A stretch of DNA of 61,147 nt, from assembly GCA_964462425.1 (NCBI GenBank), contig CAYWYD010000009.1, forward strand, positions 1-61,147, written 5' to 3'. The notes beneath the pieces were generated by a model, which saw only the letters and a program-made list of their open reading frames with translations, was not told the DNA's origin and made no database searches. This document shows, piece after piece, positions 8,945 to 18,831 of this stretch (positions are counted from its first letter, which is position 1; each line of letters starts with the position of its first letter). The DNA is from an uncultured Thermoplasmata archaeon (GTDB lineage: Archaea; Thermoplasmatota; Thermoplasmata; Halarchaeoplasmatales; Halarchaeoplasmataceae). A program made the position numbers and the translations under genes.

Positions 8945-9799
8945 TTACTCGATCTCCATCCCATAAATATCTTCTGGATTCTCCTTATGGATCTTCCATA
9001 TATCCTCTTCCGTCAGAACGTCCTTTTCATAAAGGAGCTTGGTTTTCTTCGGAACGTTCTTTATCCCGAGAACTGCACCGGGCCTTTCCGGATCGTCAAG
9101 ATAATCCGTTTCCAAGAGGAATCTATCGCCCTTAGAGACCGCTTCTTTGATGTTGTCTTCGTTCGCCAGTATTGAAGGGAATAGACCGTGATTTTCATCT
9201 TCATTTACCAGAGGCGGGGAGTAATGTTTGACGACTTTACCTCTCTCTAAACCGACTCGATCAGCCATATCGCCTATCTCACGGCATACCTCGGGAGAAG
9301 TGCTTTCCGTGTGTAATACCACGGGACACTCGAGATCTACAGCTAGTTCCATCCCGTGCTTCATTATACGGTTAGAGGCTTGAAGTATCTCTTCGGAAAC
9401 GTCGAAGTGCGGCCTGCCGATCTCCCCGAGGGCGATAGCTTTTCCCTCTTCAACGTATTCCGCAGCCAGTTCCATGCCATCCATCAGTATTTCCTCACCC
9501 TTTTCGAGGCCTACCTTATCTTCGAGATCGACCAGATCTACGGGATACGGTCCGAGTGTTACAAATATCTCCACGGAAGTCTTCTCCATGCATCTCTCGG
9601 CCAAACTAACGGTCCTTTCATAGATGGGTCTGTAACCTTTGGTGTCCCACTCTCTCAGGTCATTGTAGGGTAGATGTGAAAGTATCAGGTGAGTACCGCC
9701 GGCCCTTTCGAACTTCTTCACCGCTTCTACGTTATCTCCCTGTTCCTGCAGATGTATATGGTTGTCTAGGATAGGGAATTCAGTATCTTCAAGTTCCAT
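8945..9799 (-). CDS. tatD: TatD-family metallohydrolase (archaeal)
   Basis: DNHIH, GEIGRPH, LHTE, VKHY, LETDYLDD. Confidence 0.88.
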   Translation of the reverse strand: MELEDTEFPILDNHIHLQEQGDNVEAVKKFERAGGTHLILSHLPYNDLREWDTKGYRPIYERTVSLAERCMEKTSVEIFVTLGPYPVDLVDLEDKVGLEKGEEILMDGMELAAEYVEEGKAIALGEIGRPHFDVSEEILQASNRIMKHGMELAVDLECPVVLHTESTSPEVCREIGDMADRVGLERGKVVKHYSPPLVNEDENHGLFPSILANEDNIKEAVSKGDRFLLETDYLDDPERPGAVLGIKNVPKKTKLLYEKDVLTEEDIWKIHKENPEDIYGMEIE

Positions 9800-9822
9800 A
9801 ATGAGACCTTATCAGACAGAAG

Positions 9823-9837
9823 GATTTATTGTTTTCG
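9823..9837 (-). promoter_or_regulatory. BRE/TATA promoter of tatD
   Basis: Minus strand cgaaaac-aataaatc about 25 nt upstream of ATG. Confidence 0.45.
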
Positions 9838-9905
9838 AAACGATGAAGAGTTCTTTTATTAGTTCTGGTTACCCCCCCCTCATCATAAATACTTTATAGT
9901 TTTCA

Positions 9906-12900
9906 ATGATTTCAGAAAACATGGAGGAAGACACTCTAGACATCACCTTCCAGCCCGAGCTGATAGGGAGAGAAAAAGAGTTTAAAAGATTGAGGGAGCA
10001 GTGGGAAGATACCAAAGAGGGAAAAGGATCTACCGTATTCATCTCCGGAGAAGCAGGCATCGGGAAAACACGATTAGTAGAAGAAATACTGGATATCTCA
10101 GAGAAAAACGGTGCAAAGATAGTCAGGGGTGTGTGTTTGTCTGATAGTCTAGAACCGTTGATGCCGTTCAAAAAGGCTTTGAGAGACGCTGACTTATACC
10201 ACCTGATCTCGGAAGAACCGCCGCCAAAAGTTCTTGCCGTCTACTTGATAAACGATGCAGGTATGCTTGTAGCCAAGGCAGAGCGTGAGCAAGATACAGA
10301 TATAGATTCCGATATATTCTCTCCTATGCTCAAAGCAGTCCAGGGGTTTGTAAAAGATTCTTTGTCCATGATGGGACGGGATGAGACGGGTGAATTGAAT
10401 ACTATCGGTTATGGAGACTATAATATCATGATCCAATCTTTAAAAGGTATTTCACTAGCGACTGTCATCGAAGGCTCGAAGAGCGAGTTTCTTCTGGATG
10501 ATATGAGAGAAAAACTAGCGGGAAAAGAGGAAAAACTGAAAGATTGGGACGGGGAGACTTCAGAAGTTCAAGATATGAAATCGGAGATGCAATGGTTCAT
10601 TGAGTCGGGTAAATATGAGGGAGAGTATCTAGTCGATGACCCCAAGCTCAAACAGGAGAATCTTTTTGATAACGTTCTTTTAGGTTTACAAAGACTTTCC
10701 GCTGAACAGCCTGTTCTGTTATTTTTAGACGATCTACAATGGGCGGACCCAACCTCGTTAAAGCTGATCCACTATCTTTCTAGAAATACGAAAGATGATA
10801 AAGTCCTCATCTTGGGGACATATAGGCCAGAGGATATAGTCGAGAGACATGATGGAGAGACACACCAGTTGAAAACAACGATGCAGGAGATGAACAGAGA
10901 TGACCTCTTCGAAGAGATCGAATTAGAAAGGTTGGATGAGTCAGGTGTAGAGGAGTTCATCGAAAAGACGTTAGGCAAGATAGAACTTGAAGACGGGATG
11001 GTTAGGAAGATATATAAGGAGTGTGAGGGAAATCCATTCTTTTTGCTGGAACTTCTTCGTGAATTGGTAGAGGAAGGCCACTTGATAAAGGAGCGGGAGA
11101 TATGGAAAGCGGATAAAACTCTTCAAGAAGTGCATATACCTGTAAAAATTTATGATCTCATCGTCAGAAGATTGGACAGGCTGACGGAAGAAGAGAGAAG
11201 ACTGTTAGAATGTGCGAGCGTGGTGGGGGAAGAGTTCGAGAGTGATGTATTGGGCGATGTTACAGAGATGGATAGGGTTAAGCTCTTAAATGATCTAAAC
11301 GAGATCGAGAGATATCACAATTTGATACGTTCCACCAAAAAAAAGTATAGGTTCGACCACAGCAAGATAAGAGAGGTGCTCTATAATTCGCTGAACCAGG
11401 AGTTGCAGAGAGAGTACCATCGGATGGTGGCTGAGAGCTACGAAGAACTGTACAAGGACGATGACGAGGTCGTAGTAGGAAAGATCGGTCAGCATTATTA
11501 TAAAGCAGAAGACGAAAGAGCGGGTCGGTATCTATTGAAAGCTGGGGATAAAGCCAAAAGAAGTTACGCAAACGAGGAGGCTGAAAGGTTCTATGGCTAT
11601 TCGATAGATGTGTTGGAAGAAAAGGAAGGATTAAAAGAGTCTTACGAGGCACTCGGCGATGTTCATAAGCTGATGGGGAAGTACGAGGACGCCTTTAAAG
11701 AATACGAAAAAGCAGCGGATCTAGTAGAGAAAACTAGCGAGGAGGCAGATCTCCACGGTAAGATGGCAAAAATTTACCAGGAGCAGGGTGAATTCGATAA
11801 GAGTTTAGAGATGTGTGAGAAGGGGCTGGAACGGGTAGAAGAACATATAAATGAATCAACTTCTGCAGAGAACAAGTTGAGGCTCCTAGATGTCAAGGGG
11901 TGGTCATTCTTAAGGATGGGAGAATACGATAGGGCTGAAGAAGCGTGGAGAGAAGGAGTGAGAATCGCTGAAGAAGCCGGTGATGATAAGGAGATAGCTC
12001 AGACTCTACATGATATCGGAACTCTTAATTTTAGACGAGCAGCGTATGATAAGGCCTTAGATTTGTTAGAGGAGGCTCTGCAGATCAGAGAGGACCTAGA
12101 GGATAAGAAAAGCATAGCCACCTCACTTAACAACATCGGAGTCGTGTACCAGAATAAAGCGGAGTTGGATAAGGCCCTTGAACATTTTGAAAAGAGCCTA
12201 GAGATCAGTAGGAAGATCGGAGATAAGCGCGGTATCAGTATGTCTCTCAACAACATCGGCATGATTTACCGTAACAAAGGGGAAGTAGAAAGAGGTCTCG
12301 AGCACTATAAAGAAAGTCTAGAGATCGATAGGAAATTGGGAGACAAGCCGGGTATCAGTATGTCCCTCAACAATATCGGGGAAGTATACAGCGATAAAGG
12401 AGAACTAGATAAGAGTCTCGAACACTTCGAGGAGAGTTTAGAGATCAAGAGGAAGCTGGGAAACAAGCGAGGTATCGTGATGTCACTCAACAACATCGGG
12501 GAAGTATACAGCGAAAAAGGAGAACTAGATAAAAGCCTCGATCGACACCAGGAGAGTTTAGGGATCAGTAAGGATCTCGGAGATAAACGAGGTATCGCAG
12601 AATCGTTAAACAACATCGGAAAGGTATACCGACAAAAAGGGCAGACCGAGGAATCCCAAGGATATCTCGATGAAAGCCTAGATATCTCCTCTGAGATAGG
12701 GAGTAAAAGGTTATCGATAGAGAATCTTTGCGAGCTAGCTGAAGTCTGCATGGACGAAGGAGAGCATGATACTGCTCTTCAAAATGCCGAAAGGGCGGTT
12801 AAATTGTCTACAGAGATAGGTGCGAAGCCAAAGGAAGAGAAAAGCCGCCGGGTCCTGGGAAGGATCTATCGGAAGAGAAGTGAATTGGAAAAGGCTGAAA

Positions 12901-13127
12901 AGGAGCTCAAAGATGCTGAAAAATCACTCGAAAACAGCGGTCTAAAGATCGATCAATTAAAGGTAAAGTACGAAAGATCTCTCCTGTTCATAGAATCGGG
13001 AGAGGTTGAAATGGCGGAGGAATATCTCAAAGACACTTTTGAATCGTTTAAGAAAAAGGGTATGAAATTCTGGGCGGAAAAATGTGAGGAAACCTTGAAG
13101 GAGATAGACGCTGACCAATATACTTGA
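9906..13127 (+). CDS. STAND/AAA_16-type ATPase with C-terminal TPR array and inserted longin-like domain
   Basis: GRE, Walker A GEAGIGKT, Walker B LLFLDDLQWAD, GNPFF, FDH..IRE, 40-aa TPRs; true start may be ATG 9921. Confidence 0.9.
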   Translation: MISENMEEDTLDITFQPELIGREKEFKRLREQWEDTKEGKGSTVFISGEAGIGKTRLVEEILDISEKNGAKIVRGVCLSDSLEPLMPFKKALRDADLYHLISEEPPPKVLAVYLINDAGMLVAKAEREQDTDIDSDIFSPMLKAVQGFVKDSLSMMGRDETGELNTIGYGDYNIMIQSLKGISLATVIEGSKSEFLLDDMREKLAGKEEKLKDWDGETSEVQDMKSEMQWFIESGKYEGEYLVDDPKLKQENLFDNVLLGLQRLSAEQPVLLFLDDLQWADPTSLKLIHYLSRNTKDDKVLILGTYRPEDIVERHDGETHQLKTTMQEMNRDDLFEEIELERLDESGVEEFIEKTLGKIELEDGMVRKIYKECEGNPFFLLELLRELVEEGHLIKEREIWKADKTLQEVHIPVKIYDLIVRRLDRLTEEERRLLECASVVGEEFESDVLGDVTEMDRVKLLNDLNEIERYHNLIRSTKKKYRFDHSKIREVLYNSLNQELQREYHRMVAESYEELYKDDDEVVVGKIGQHYYKAEDERAGRYLLKAGDKAKRSYANEEAERFYGYSIDVLEEKEGLKESYEALGDVHKLMGKYEDAFKEYEKAADLVEKTSEEADLHGKMAKIYQEQGEFDKSLEMCEKGLERVEEHINESTSAENKLRLLDVKGWSFLRMGEYDRAEEAWREGVRIAEEAGDDKEIAQTLHDIGTLNFRRAAYDKALDLLEEALQIREDLEDKKSIATSLNNIGVVYQNKAELDKALEHFEKSLEISRKIGDKRGISMSLNNIGMIYRNKGEVERGLEHYKESLEIDRKLGDKPGISMSLNNIGEVYSDKGELDKSLEHFEESLEIKRKLGNKRGIVMSLNNIGEVYSEKGELDKSLDRHQESLGISKDLGDKRGIAESLNNIGKVYRQKGQTEESQGYLDESLDISSEIGSKRLSIENLCELAEVCMDEGEHDTALQNAERAVKLSTEIGAKPKEEKSRRVLGRIYRKRSELEKAEKELKDAEKSLENSGLKIDQLKVKYERSLLFIESGEVEMAEEYLKDTFESFKKKGMKFWAEKCEETLKEIDADQYT
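11990..12710 (+). repeat. About six intragenic 120-bp TPR tandem repeats
   Basis: aacaacatcgg-like core at 12129, 12249, 12369, 12489, 12609 (exact 120-bp period). Confidence 0.85.
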
Positions 13128-13232
13128 TTCATCCTTTTTCATTTTTTTAAGTACGCTCCTTAGTGTGGGATGAGAGAAAGAGACGACCGGGAGCGAAATC
13201 TTAAAAAGAGACCGCTGTTTTCGAGAAATACC

Positions 13233-14372
13233 TTGACTGAGATAGCTATAGTAGGAGGAGGCCCTGTCGGCTTTAGGGTCGCTCAAAAGACCGCTTCCGC
13301 CGGATATAAAACCACGGTCTTAGAGAACAAAAGCGCGATAGGAAAACCGGTCCAGTGCGCCGGTATAGTCAGCCCTAGAGTCATATCTATGACCGGGACC
13401 GAACACGTAATGGATAGGCCCGAGGAGGCTGTGATAAATTCGCCTTTCGGGAAACAACTTGTTCTCGAGAACGAGCCGGAAAAGGCGGTCATAATAGACA
13501 GGGCGGACTTCGATAAAGAACTGGCTGAGAAAGCGATAAAGGCCGGGGCGAACATCGAATTGGGGAGCGCGGTCAAAAAGGTAGAACATGGGAAAAACAG
13601 AAAACTTCATATCGAAAAGCGAGGAGAAAAGAAAACGATAGAACCTAAAATTATAGTCGGAGCAGACGGCCCTTCTTCTATAGTCAGAGAGTCGGGAGAC
13701 TTCCCTTCTCCGGAAGAGTTACTTCCGGCGGTTCAGGCCGTCGTGGCTTCCAAGGATAGATCGGTCAAGATACATCTGGGTGATGAGATCGCTTCAGATT
13801 TTTTCCTCTGGGAAGTCCCGTACCGGAGCGGAAAAGTGGTCGGTCTAGCGGGAAGTAGGGATGTATATAGATCGCTGATGAGATTTCTCAAAAGTAAGGA
13901 GTTAGAAGATAAGGTGATAAGCTTTTTATCGGGTACTATACCGCTCGGTAACATGACAAAAAGTGTAGATGAAGGGGTGATGTTAGTGGGAGACGCCGCA
14001 TGTCAGGTGAAGCCGATGTCCGGTGGAGGTCTCTATTACGGTCTGAAGGCGGCGGATATATGTTCGAACGTGGTCATAGATGCTTTAGAAGAAGAGGATG
14101 TATCTAAAGAGCGGTTGAACGAGTATCATGAAGAGTGGCAGAGAGAGATTGGGAAGCACATCTCCAAAGGGATGAGAGCTAGAAATATATTTAAGTCTCT
14201 ATCCGACAAAGATCTAGACAAGCTGATAGAGTCTTTGAGTAAAGACAAGACCAGGCGAGTGATAGAGGAAAATGGAGATATCGACAATCCTTCAGCACTA
14301 GTCAAACCTCTTCTCAAGGTGTCTCCTGATCTTCTTAAATTTACTGGACCAGTTATCAAAAGTCTTTTCTAG
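13233..14372 (+). CDS. Geranylgeranyl reductase family FAD oxidoreductase
   Basis: IAIVGGGPVG, PVQCAG, IDRADFD, GADG, LVGDAACQVKP-SGGG; TTG start 13233. Confidence 0.88.
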   Translation: MTEIAIVGGGPVGFRVAQKTASAGYKTTVLENKSAIGKPVQCAGIVSPRVISMTGTEHVMDRPEEAVINSPFGKQLVLENEPEKAVIIDRADFDKELAEKAIKAGANIELGSAVKKVEHGKNRKLHIEKRGEKKTIEPKIIVGADGPSSIVRESGDFPSPEELLPAVQAVVASKDRSVKIHLGDEIASDFFLWEVPYRSGKVVGLAGSRDVYRSLMRFLKSKELEDKVISFLSGTIPLGNMTKSVDEGVMLVGDAACQVKPMSGGGLYYGLKAADICSNVVIDALEEEDVSKERLNEYHEEWQREIGKHISKGMRARNIFKSLSDKDLDKLIESLSKDKTRRVIEENGDIDNPSALVKPLLKVSPDLLKFTGPVIKSLF

Positions 14373-15068
14373 CCGCGGAAACGACCCGTATTTTTCCTGC
14401 ATGTAGAACATAACGGCCAGTACACCGGAGATTCCCACGACCGCTCCAAGTGCGTACTGGGGCCAACGCGGAAGAGTGCTTTTGACGGAGAAAGAACTGT
14501 CCGAGAGGATGCCATCCACGCCGAGCTTAGTAAGATTGAAACCGCCGGGATGTTCTTCATCATCTTCAACTTTTGTTTCCTCCCATTCTTCTTCGGCAAA
14601 ACACCCTCTCGATTTCATGGTCACGTTGTTTTTGAGGTAATCGAATTCCAGCTCGAATCTTAACAGGTAAACGCCTTCTTCAGTCCCGTCTTTCGATCTA
14701 ACTTCAGGCTGCAGTGTTTGTGCCGATCCGCTCTCTATCGAGTTCTCGGAAATAGTTATATTCGTTTTTTCACTCTCTTCGAAAACGGGTGGCTCATCGA
14801 CCTCTGATATATCCTTTTCCTTATCCAAGTATTCATACCCATAAACGTCGATGGTCAAACTGACGTTCTCAATAGTTTCGTTGTAGGGATTGTTGAGAGT
14901 GATCTGTACCTCCCCGGAACTCCCCGGATCTATTCGAGGCGTGTTTATCTCCGGGATGATGTCGTTCACTTTCTCCGGGTCGGATAGAGTCGATGAGTGC
15001 GCGGGTGAAACGCCGGCTGAAAGCAGAATGGTTCCAAGGACCAGTAATACCAAGTATCTATTGCCCAT
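14298..15068 (-). CDS. Secreted Ig-like protein with C-terminal membrane anchor
   Basis: Signal peptide, beta-rich NxT-containing body, C-terminal TM helix. Confidence 0.75.
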   Translation of the reverse strand: MGNRYLVLLVLGTILLSAGVSPAHSSTLSDPEKVNDIIPEINTPRIDPGSSGEVQITLNNPYNETIENVSLTIDVYGYEYLDKEKDISEVDEPPVFEESEKTNITISENSIESGSAQTLQPEVRSKDGTEEGVYLLRFELEFDYLKNNVTMKSRGCFAEEEWEETKVEDDEEHPGGFNLTKLGVDGILSDSSFSVKSTLPRWPQYALGAVVGISGVLAVMFYMQEKYGSFPRLEKTFDNWSSKFKKIRRHLEKRFD

Positions 15069-15128
15069 CGTCAGATTTTAGTGATCGTGAGTATAAAATA
15101 CTTATGTAGGTTGAGCTACTGTTCATAG

Positions 15129-16130
15129 ATGATGACGGAAGAGGAATATCCGGTGCTGCGAGTGTCCAAGGAGAAAGGACAGGAAACTTTGGAGAGGGTC
15201 AAATCGGAGAACAATCTAGACCCGCGGAGGCAGATTCAGGTAAAGGGTGACGAGTTACTGATACCGGTGAAGGAAGGAGGCGACGAGATGAGAGATGATC
15301 TTGAGATCAGGGATACTGAGGGAAAAAATACACCCTACGAAGCGGTAAAAGAGAAGCTAGATATTTCTGGGAAGGAAGACCTGCCGGACAGGTGGGAGAT
15401 GATAGGCGACGTGCTTTTTATAAAGTTACCTGAACATCTGCTCGACCACAAAGAGCGGATCGGCAGGGTCTATGCGGAGGAACTCGGTGCGAAAACGGTG
15501 ATGCTGCAGGGCGATATCACCGGGAAAAAAAGAGAGCCTGAAGTGGAAAAGATCCACGGGGAGGAGACCGAAACGGTACATCTGGAGAATCAGATTCTAT
15601 ACAAGCTAGACACTTCGAAGATCATGTTCTCCAGCGGTAATATAGACGAGAGGGTTCGGGCGACAAAATTGGTGGAGAAGGACGAAGTCGTCGTAGACAT
15701 GTTCGCCGGGATAGGTTACTTTTCATTACCCGCGGCGGTTCACTGTCGACCGGAAAAGGTCTATTCTTTAGAGATCAACCCTACAGCTTTCCGATATCTG
15801 GAAGAAAATATCGATCTGAACGGAGTGGAGGAGATGGTCGAACCGTGGTGCGGAGATAACCGAGACTTTTCATTCAGCAGTGCCGACAGGGTCTTCATGG
15901 GTTATCTCCACGAGACCTGGAAGTTCTTGGGAAAGGCTGTAGAATTTTTAGATCGCGAAGGGATCATCCATTATCACACCACCTGCAGCGATTCGACGTA
16001 TCCCGAGCAGGTAGAAAAAGAGTTGGAAGAGAACCTCGATGTGGACTTCGAGATGATGAATACCAGGAAAGTCAAATCCTACGCTCCGCACGTTTTTCAC
16101 GTTGTGGTCGACGTGAGAGTGGAGGGGTGA
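15129..16130 (+). CDS. taw2: Trm5/TYW2-family SAM-dependent tRNA-modifying enzyme (likely Taw2)
   Basis: KIMFSSGNIDER, VVDMFAGIGYF, EINP, VKSYAPHV. Confidence 0.75.
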   Translation: MMTEEEYPVLRVSKEKGQETLERVKSENNLDPRRQIQVKGDELLIPVKEGGDEMRDDLEIRDTEGKNTPYEAVKEKLDISGKEDLPDRWEMIGDVLFIKLPEHLLDHKERIGRVYAEELGAKTVMLQGDITGKKREPEVEKIHGEETETVHLENQILYKLDTSKIMFSSGNIDERVRATKLVEKDEVVVDMFAGIGYFSLPAAVHCRPEKVYSLEINPTAFRYLEENIDLNGVEEMVEPWCGDNRDFSFSSADRVFMGYLHETWKFLGKAVEFLDREGIIHYHTTCSDSTYPEQVEKELEENLDVDFEMMNTRKVKSYAPHVFHVVVDVRVEG

Positions 16131-16202
16131 GAGGTTTTGTTCTTCTCGGGATTTTACCTGTGAAAACCTAATTTTTAAATACACATACATACATGTATAA
16201 TT

Positions 16203-16445
16203 ATGGCGTCAAAAACGATAACCATATCCGAGGAAGCTTACAAACGCTTGAAGTCAAGGAAAGAAGAAAAAGAAAGCTTTACAGATGTTATAAATAAGCT
16301 TACCAAGGAGAGATCACTCACGGAGATAGCCGGCATCCTATCAGAAGATGAAGCCGATAGATTGGAAGAAAGGATCAAGGAAAGGAGAGAGAAAACTAGA
16401 GATAGGATAGACGATATCAAGGACGGGATGGAAGATGCTAGCTGA
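16203..16445 (+). CDS. vapB: VapB-family antitoxin
   Basis: KTITISEEAYKRL..ESFTDVI; overlaps downstream PIN gene. Confidence 0.88.
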   Translation: MASKTITISEEAYKRLKSRKEEKESFTDVINKLTKERSLTEIAGILSEDEADRLEERIKERREKTRDRIDDIKDGMEDAS

Positions 16446-16848
16446 TACCAGCTTCATCATCGATGTTATGAAAGGAGAAGAGAGCGCAGTCAGGAAAATA
16501 GAAGAATTGGAGGAAAACGACAAACCTCTGAATATCACTTCTATCTCCTTTTTTGAGTTGTGGTCGGGCATAGAACAGTCAGATAAGCGAAAAAAAGAAA
16601 AGGAAAAGATCGAAGATGTCCTAGGATCTCGAGCAGTCCATGATTTTGACCGTACTGCAGGAGAGATAGGAGGAAGGATAGATGGTATGTTGTGCAAAGA
16701 GGGAAAAATAGTAGAGCCTCAGGATTCCATGATCTCGGGGATCGCTATAAGAGAAAACGAAAAGATATTGACGCGAAATATCGATCACTTTCGACGCATT
16801 TCAAATATATCAACCTTACAGATCGAAGAGACAGCCTCTCAGGAATAG
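16435..16848 (+). CDS. vapC: VapC PIN-domain toxin
   Basis: DTSFIID, FELWSG, DSMISGIA, LTRNIDHF. Confidence 0.9.
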   Translation: MLADTSFIIDVMKGEESAVRKIEELEENDKPLNITSISFFELWSGIEQSDKRKKEKEKIEDVLGSRAVHDFDRTAGEIGGRIDGMLCKEGKIVEPQDSMISGIAIRENEKILTRNIDHFRRISNISTLQIEETASQE

Positions 16849-16933
16849 ATAAATTATTATTTTTCATAATATAAGATTCCCGGCTGAAGCATAACGTATT
16901 TGTAGAATGTAATCAATAATCCAATAGGATATC

Positions 16934-17929
16934 ATGAAACGAGCTATGTTCTGGGAGGAAGGTGAAGACAGTGAGGTACGATGTCACCTCTGTCCGCATA
17001 ACTGTTCGATCTCTGAAGGAGATAGAGGGTTCTGCAATGTTAGGGAGAATCGCGATGGTATGTTGTACTCGATGATATATGGTAAATCCGCCTCTTTAGC
17101 TGTCGACCCGATAGAGAAGAAACCACTCTACCATTTCCATCCGGGAACCCAAGTTTTATCATACGGGACCATGGGCTGTAATCTATCCTGCGATTTCTGC
17201 CAGAACGTCTCACTTTCCTGCGGAGATCCTGACAGTCCCCGCCTCCGTGAGTACTCGGTGGAGAAGATGGTGAGCGAGATCTCAAAACATGCGGGAATCG
17301 CTTGGACCTATAACGAACCATCGATCTCCTACGAGTTCAGTTATGATGTGTTCAAAAAGTTGAAAGAGCATCATGATAAATACACCGCATACGTGACGAA
17401 CGGTTATATAGAGAACGAACCTTTGAAGAAGCTCGCACCCTATCTAGACGCGATGAACCTCGATATAAAAGCGTTCGAAGAGGATTTTTACAGGCGGATA
17501 GTCGGGGGAAAACTGCAGCCGGTGCTGGAAACGGCCAAGTTAGCGGTCGAAGAAGACATCCACGTTGAGACAACATATCTCATCATACCGAACCACAACG
17601 ATTCTTCGGAAGAGATAAGGAGGTTTACTCAGTGGGTCAAGGAGAACCTAGGTGAGGACACCGTCGTCCACTTTTCACGTTTTCATCCGGATCACGAGAT
17701 GACAGACGTGCCTGCAACTCCTTCCAAAAAGATGAAAGAAGCCAGAAAGATAGCGAAAAACGTAGGGCTGAACTTCGTTTACCTGGGCAACATCCCGGCG
17801 GATAATGATACCGAATGTCCCAACTGCGGCAGGAAGATACTTTCTCGCTCTTACTTTTCCTCAGGAAAACTAGACCTCCAGAACGGAAGATGTCCGCAGT
17901 GTGGAAGGGATATACCTATAGTAACCTGA
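16934..17929 (+). CDS. amrS: AmmeMemoRadiSam system radical SAM enzyme
   Basis: CHLCPHNC, DPIEKKPLYHF, CNLSCDFCQN, TYNEP, RFHP. Confidence 0.92.
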   Translation: MKRAMFWEEGEDSEVRCHLCPHNCSISEGDRGFCNVRENRDGMLYSMIYGKSASLAVDPIEKKPLYHFHPGTQVLSYGTMGCNLSCDFCQNVSLSCGDPDSPRLREYSVEKMVSEISKHAGIAWTYNEPSISYEFSYDVFKKLKEHHDKYTAYVTNGYIENEPLKKLAPYLDAMNLDIKAFEEDFYRRIVGGKLQPVLETAKLAVEEDIHVETTYLIIPNHNDSSEEIRRFTQWVKENLGEDTVVHFSRFHPDHEMTDVPATPSKKMKEARKIAKNVGLNFVYLGNIPADNDTECPNCGRKILSRSYFSSGKLDLQNGRCPQCGRDIPIVT

Positions 17930-17930
17930 C

Positions 17931-18710
17931 TCAGAGGATCTCGTGATCTATGGAATACTCCTCATCGAGACCTCTATTCCTCTTGCTCAGCCTTTCTAAC
18001 ACTCTATCCGTGTCCTTTTCCGATAGCATGAAAAGAACGTCGAGTCCCTTCTCCGCGGCGTTGATCGCACCCTGTACCGGGGCGAATATGATGTCGGGCT
18101 CGATGTCAAGCATATTGCAGAGGCCGTACTGTTTTTCTCCCATGACCGCGATCCTGTCGTGATCTATCCTGTTCACTTTCTCTTTCAAGTCCTCAAGATT
18201 CCCTTCCTTTGCTTCTTTATCATCGGTCTTTAAGAGATAGAGTTTCCCCACATCCATCTCGGTTATCCCATGAAGGCCTCCGACCCTGATAGGCTCTCCG
18301 GTTTCGCTGTCGTGAAGAGCTTTTCCCATACTCGAAGATCCCTCCAAAGAGGCATGGAGAAGACCATCTTCCATGAAAAGGCCGACTTCGTCTCCTTCGC
18401 TTATATCCTCTGAAGCTACAGCGGTACAGGTCGAGATAAAGCTTATCTCGGAATTTGCCTCGTCCAAAAAAGAGCCTACCTTGGCTAGGATCTCTCTGAC
18501 GAACTCCATCCCTTCAGAGGTTGGATGATAAACGCCGCCGGACCTATCTATGAGTTCTTCCTCTTCCATCTCCGATATGTAATTGGAGGCCGCCTGCTCG
18601 CTCATATCCAAGTCTTCTGATATATCGGCCAACTTTCCCGGTTCTTCGACGGCCGCTTTGTAGAGGATCAAAAATTTGGTAAGAGTTTTCTTATCTCTCA
18701 AGACCTTCAT
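17931..18710 (-). CDS. Winged-helix transcriptional regulator (archaeal)
   Basis: N-terminal HTH, G-D-VGLFMEDG-L motif, AAEKGL. Confidence 0.75.
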   Translation of the reverse strand: MKVLRDKKTLTKFLILYKAAVEEPGKLADISEDLDMSEQAASNYISEMEEEELIDRSGGVYHPTSEGMEFVREILAKVGSFLDEANSEISFISTCTAVASEDISEGDEVGLFMEDGLLHASLEGSSSMGKALHDSETGEPIRVGGLHGITEMDVGKLYLLKTDDKEAKEGNLEDLKEKVNRIDHDRIAVMGEKQYGLCNMLDIEPDIIFAPVQGAINAAEKGLDVLFMLSEKDTDRVLERLSKRNRGLDEEYSIDHEIL

Positions 18711-18739
18711 TTATATCTGTATTTTAGATGTAGAGAGGA

Positions 18740-18755
18740 TTATAAGTTGTTTTCG
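18740..18755 (-). promoter_or_regulatory. BRE/TATA promoter of the regulator
   Basis: Minus strand cgaaaacaa-cttataa about 30 nt upstream of ATG 18710. Confidence 0.45.
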
Positions 18756-18831
18756 TTATGAATTTTGAATATTAAGTAATATTATCTAATACATAATAAT
18801 ATTTATATATGCCTATTTGTTTTCCCCTCTC

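Noticed and set aside
11990..12710. Periodic repeats as a CRISPR array
   Set aside because: In-frame 120-bp degenerate coding repeats; no invariant repeat/spacer structure and no cas genes
18781..18791. attatctaata shared with 53540-53550 as a regulator site
   Set aside because: An 11-mer in AT-rich DNA with only two copies; chance cannot be excluded
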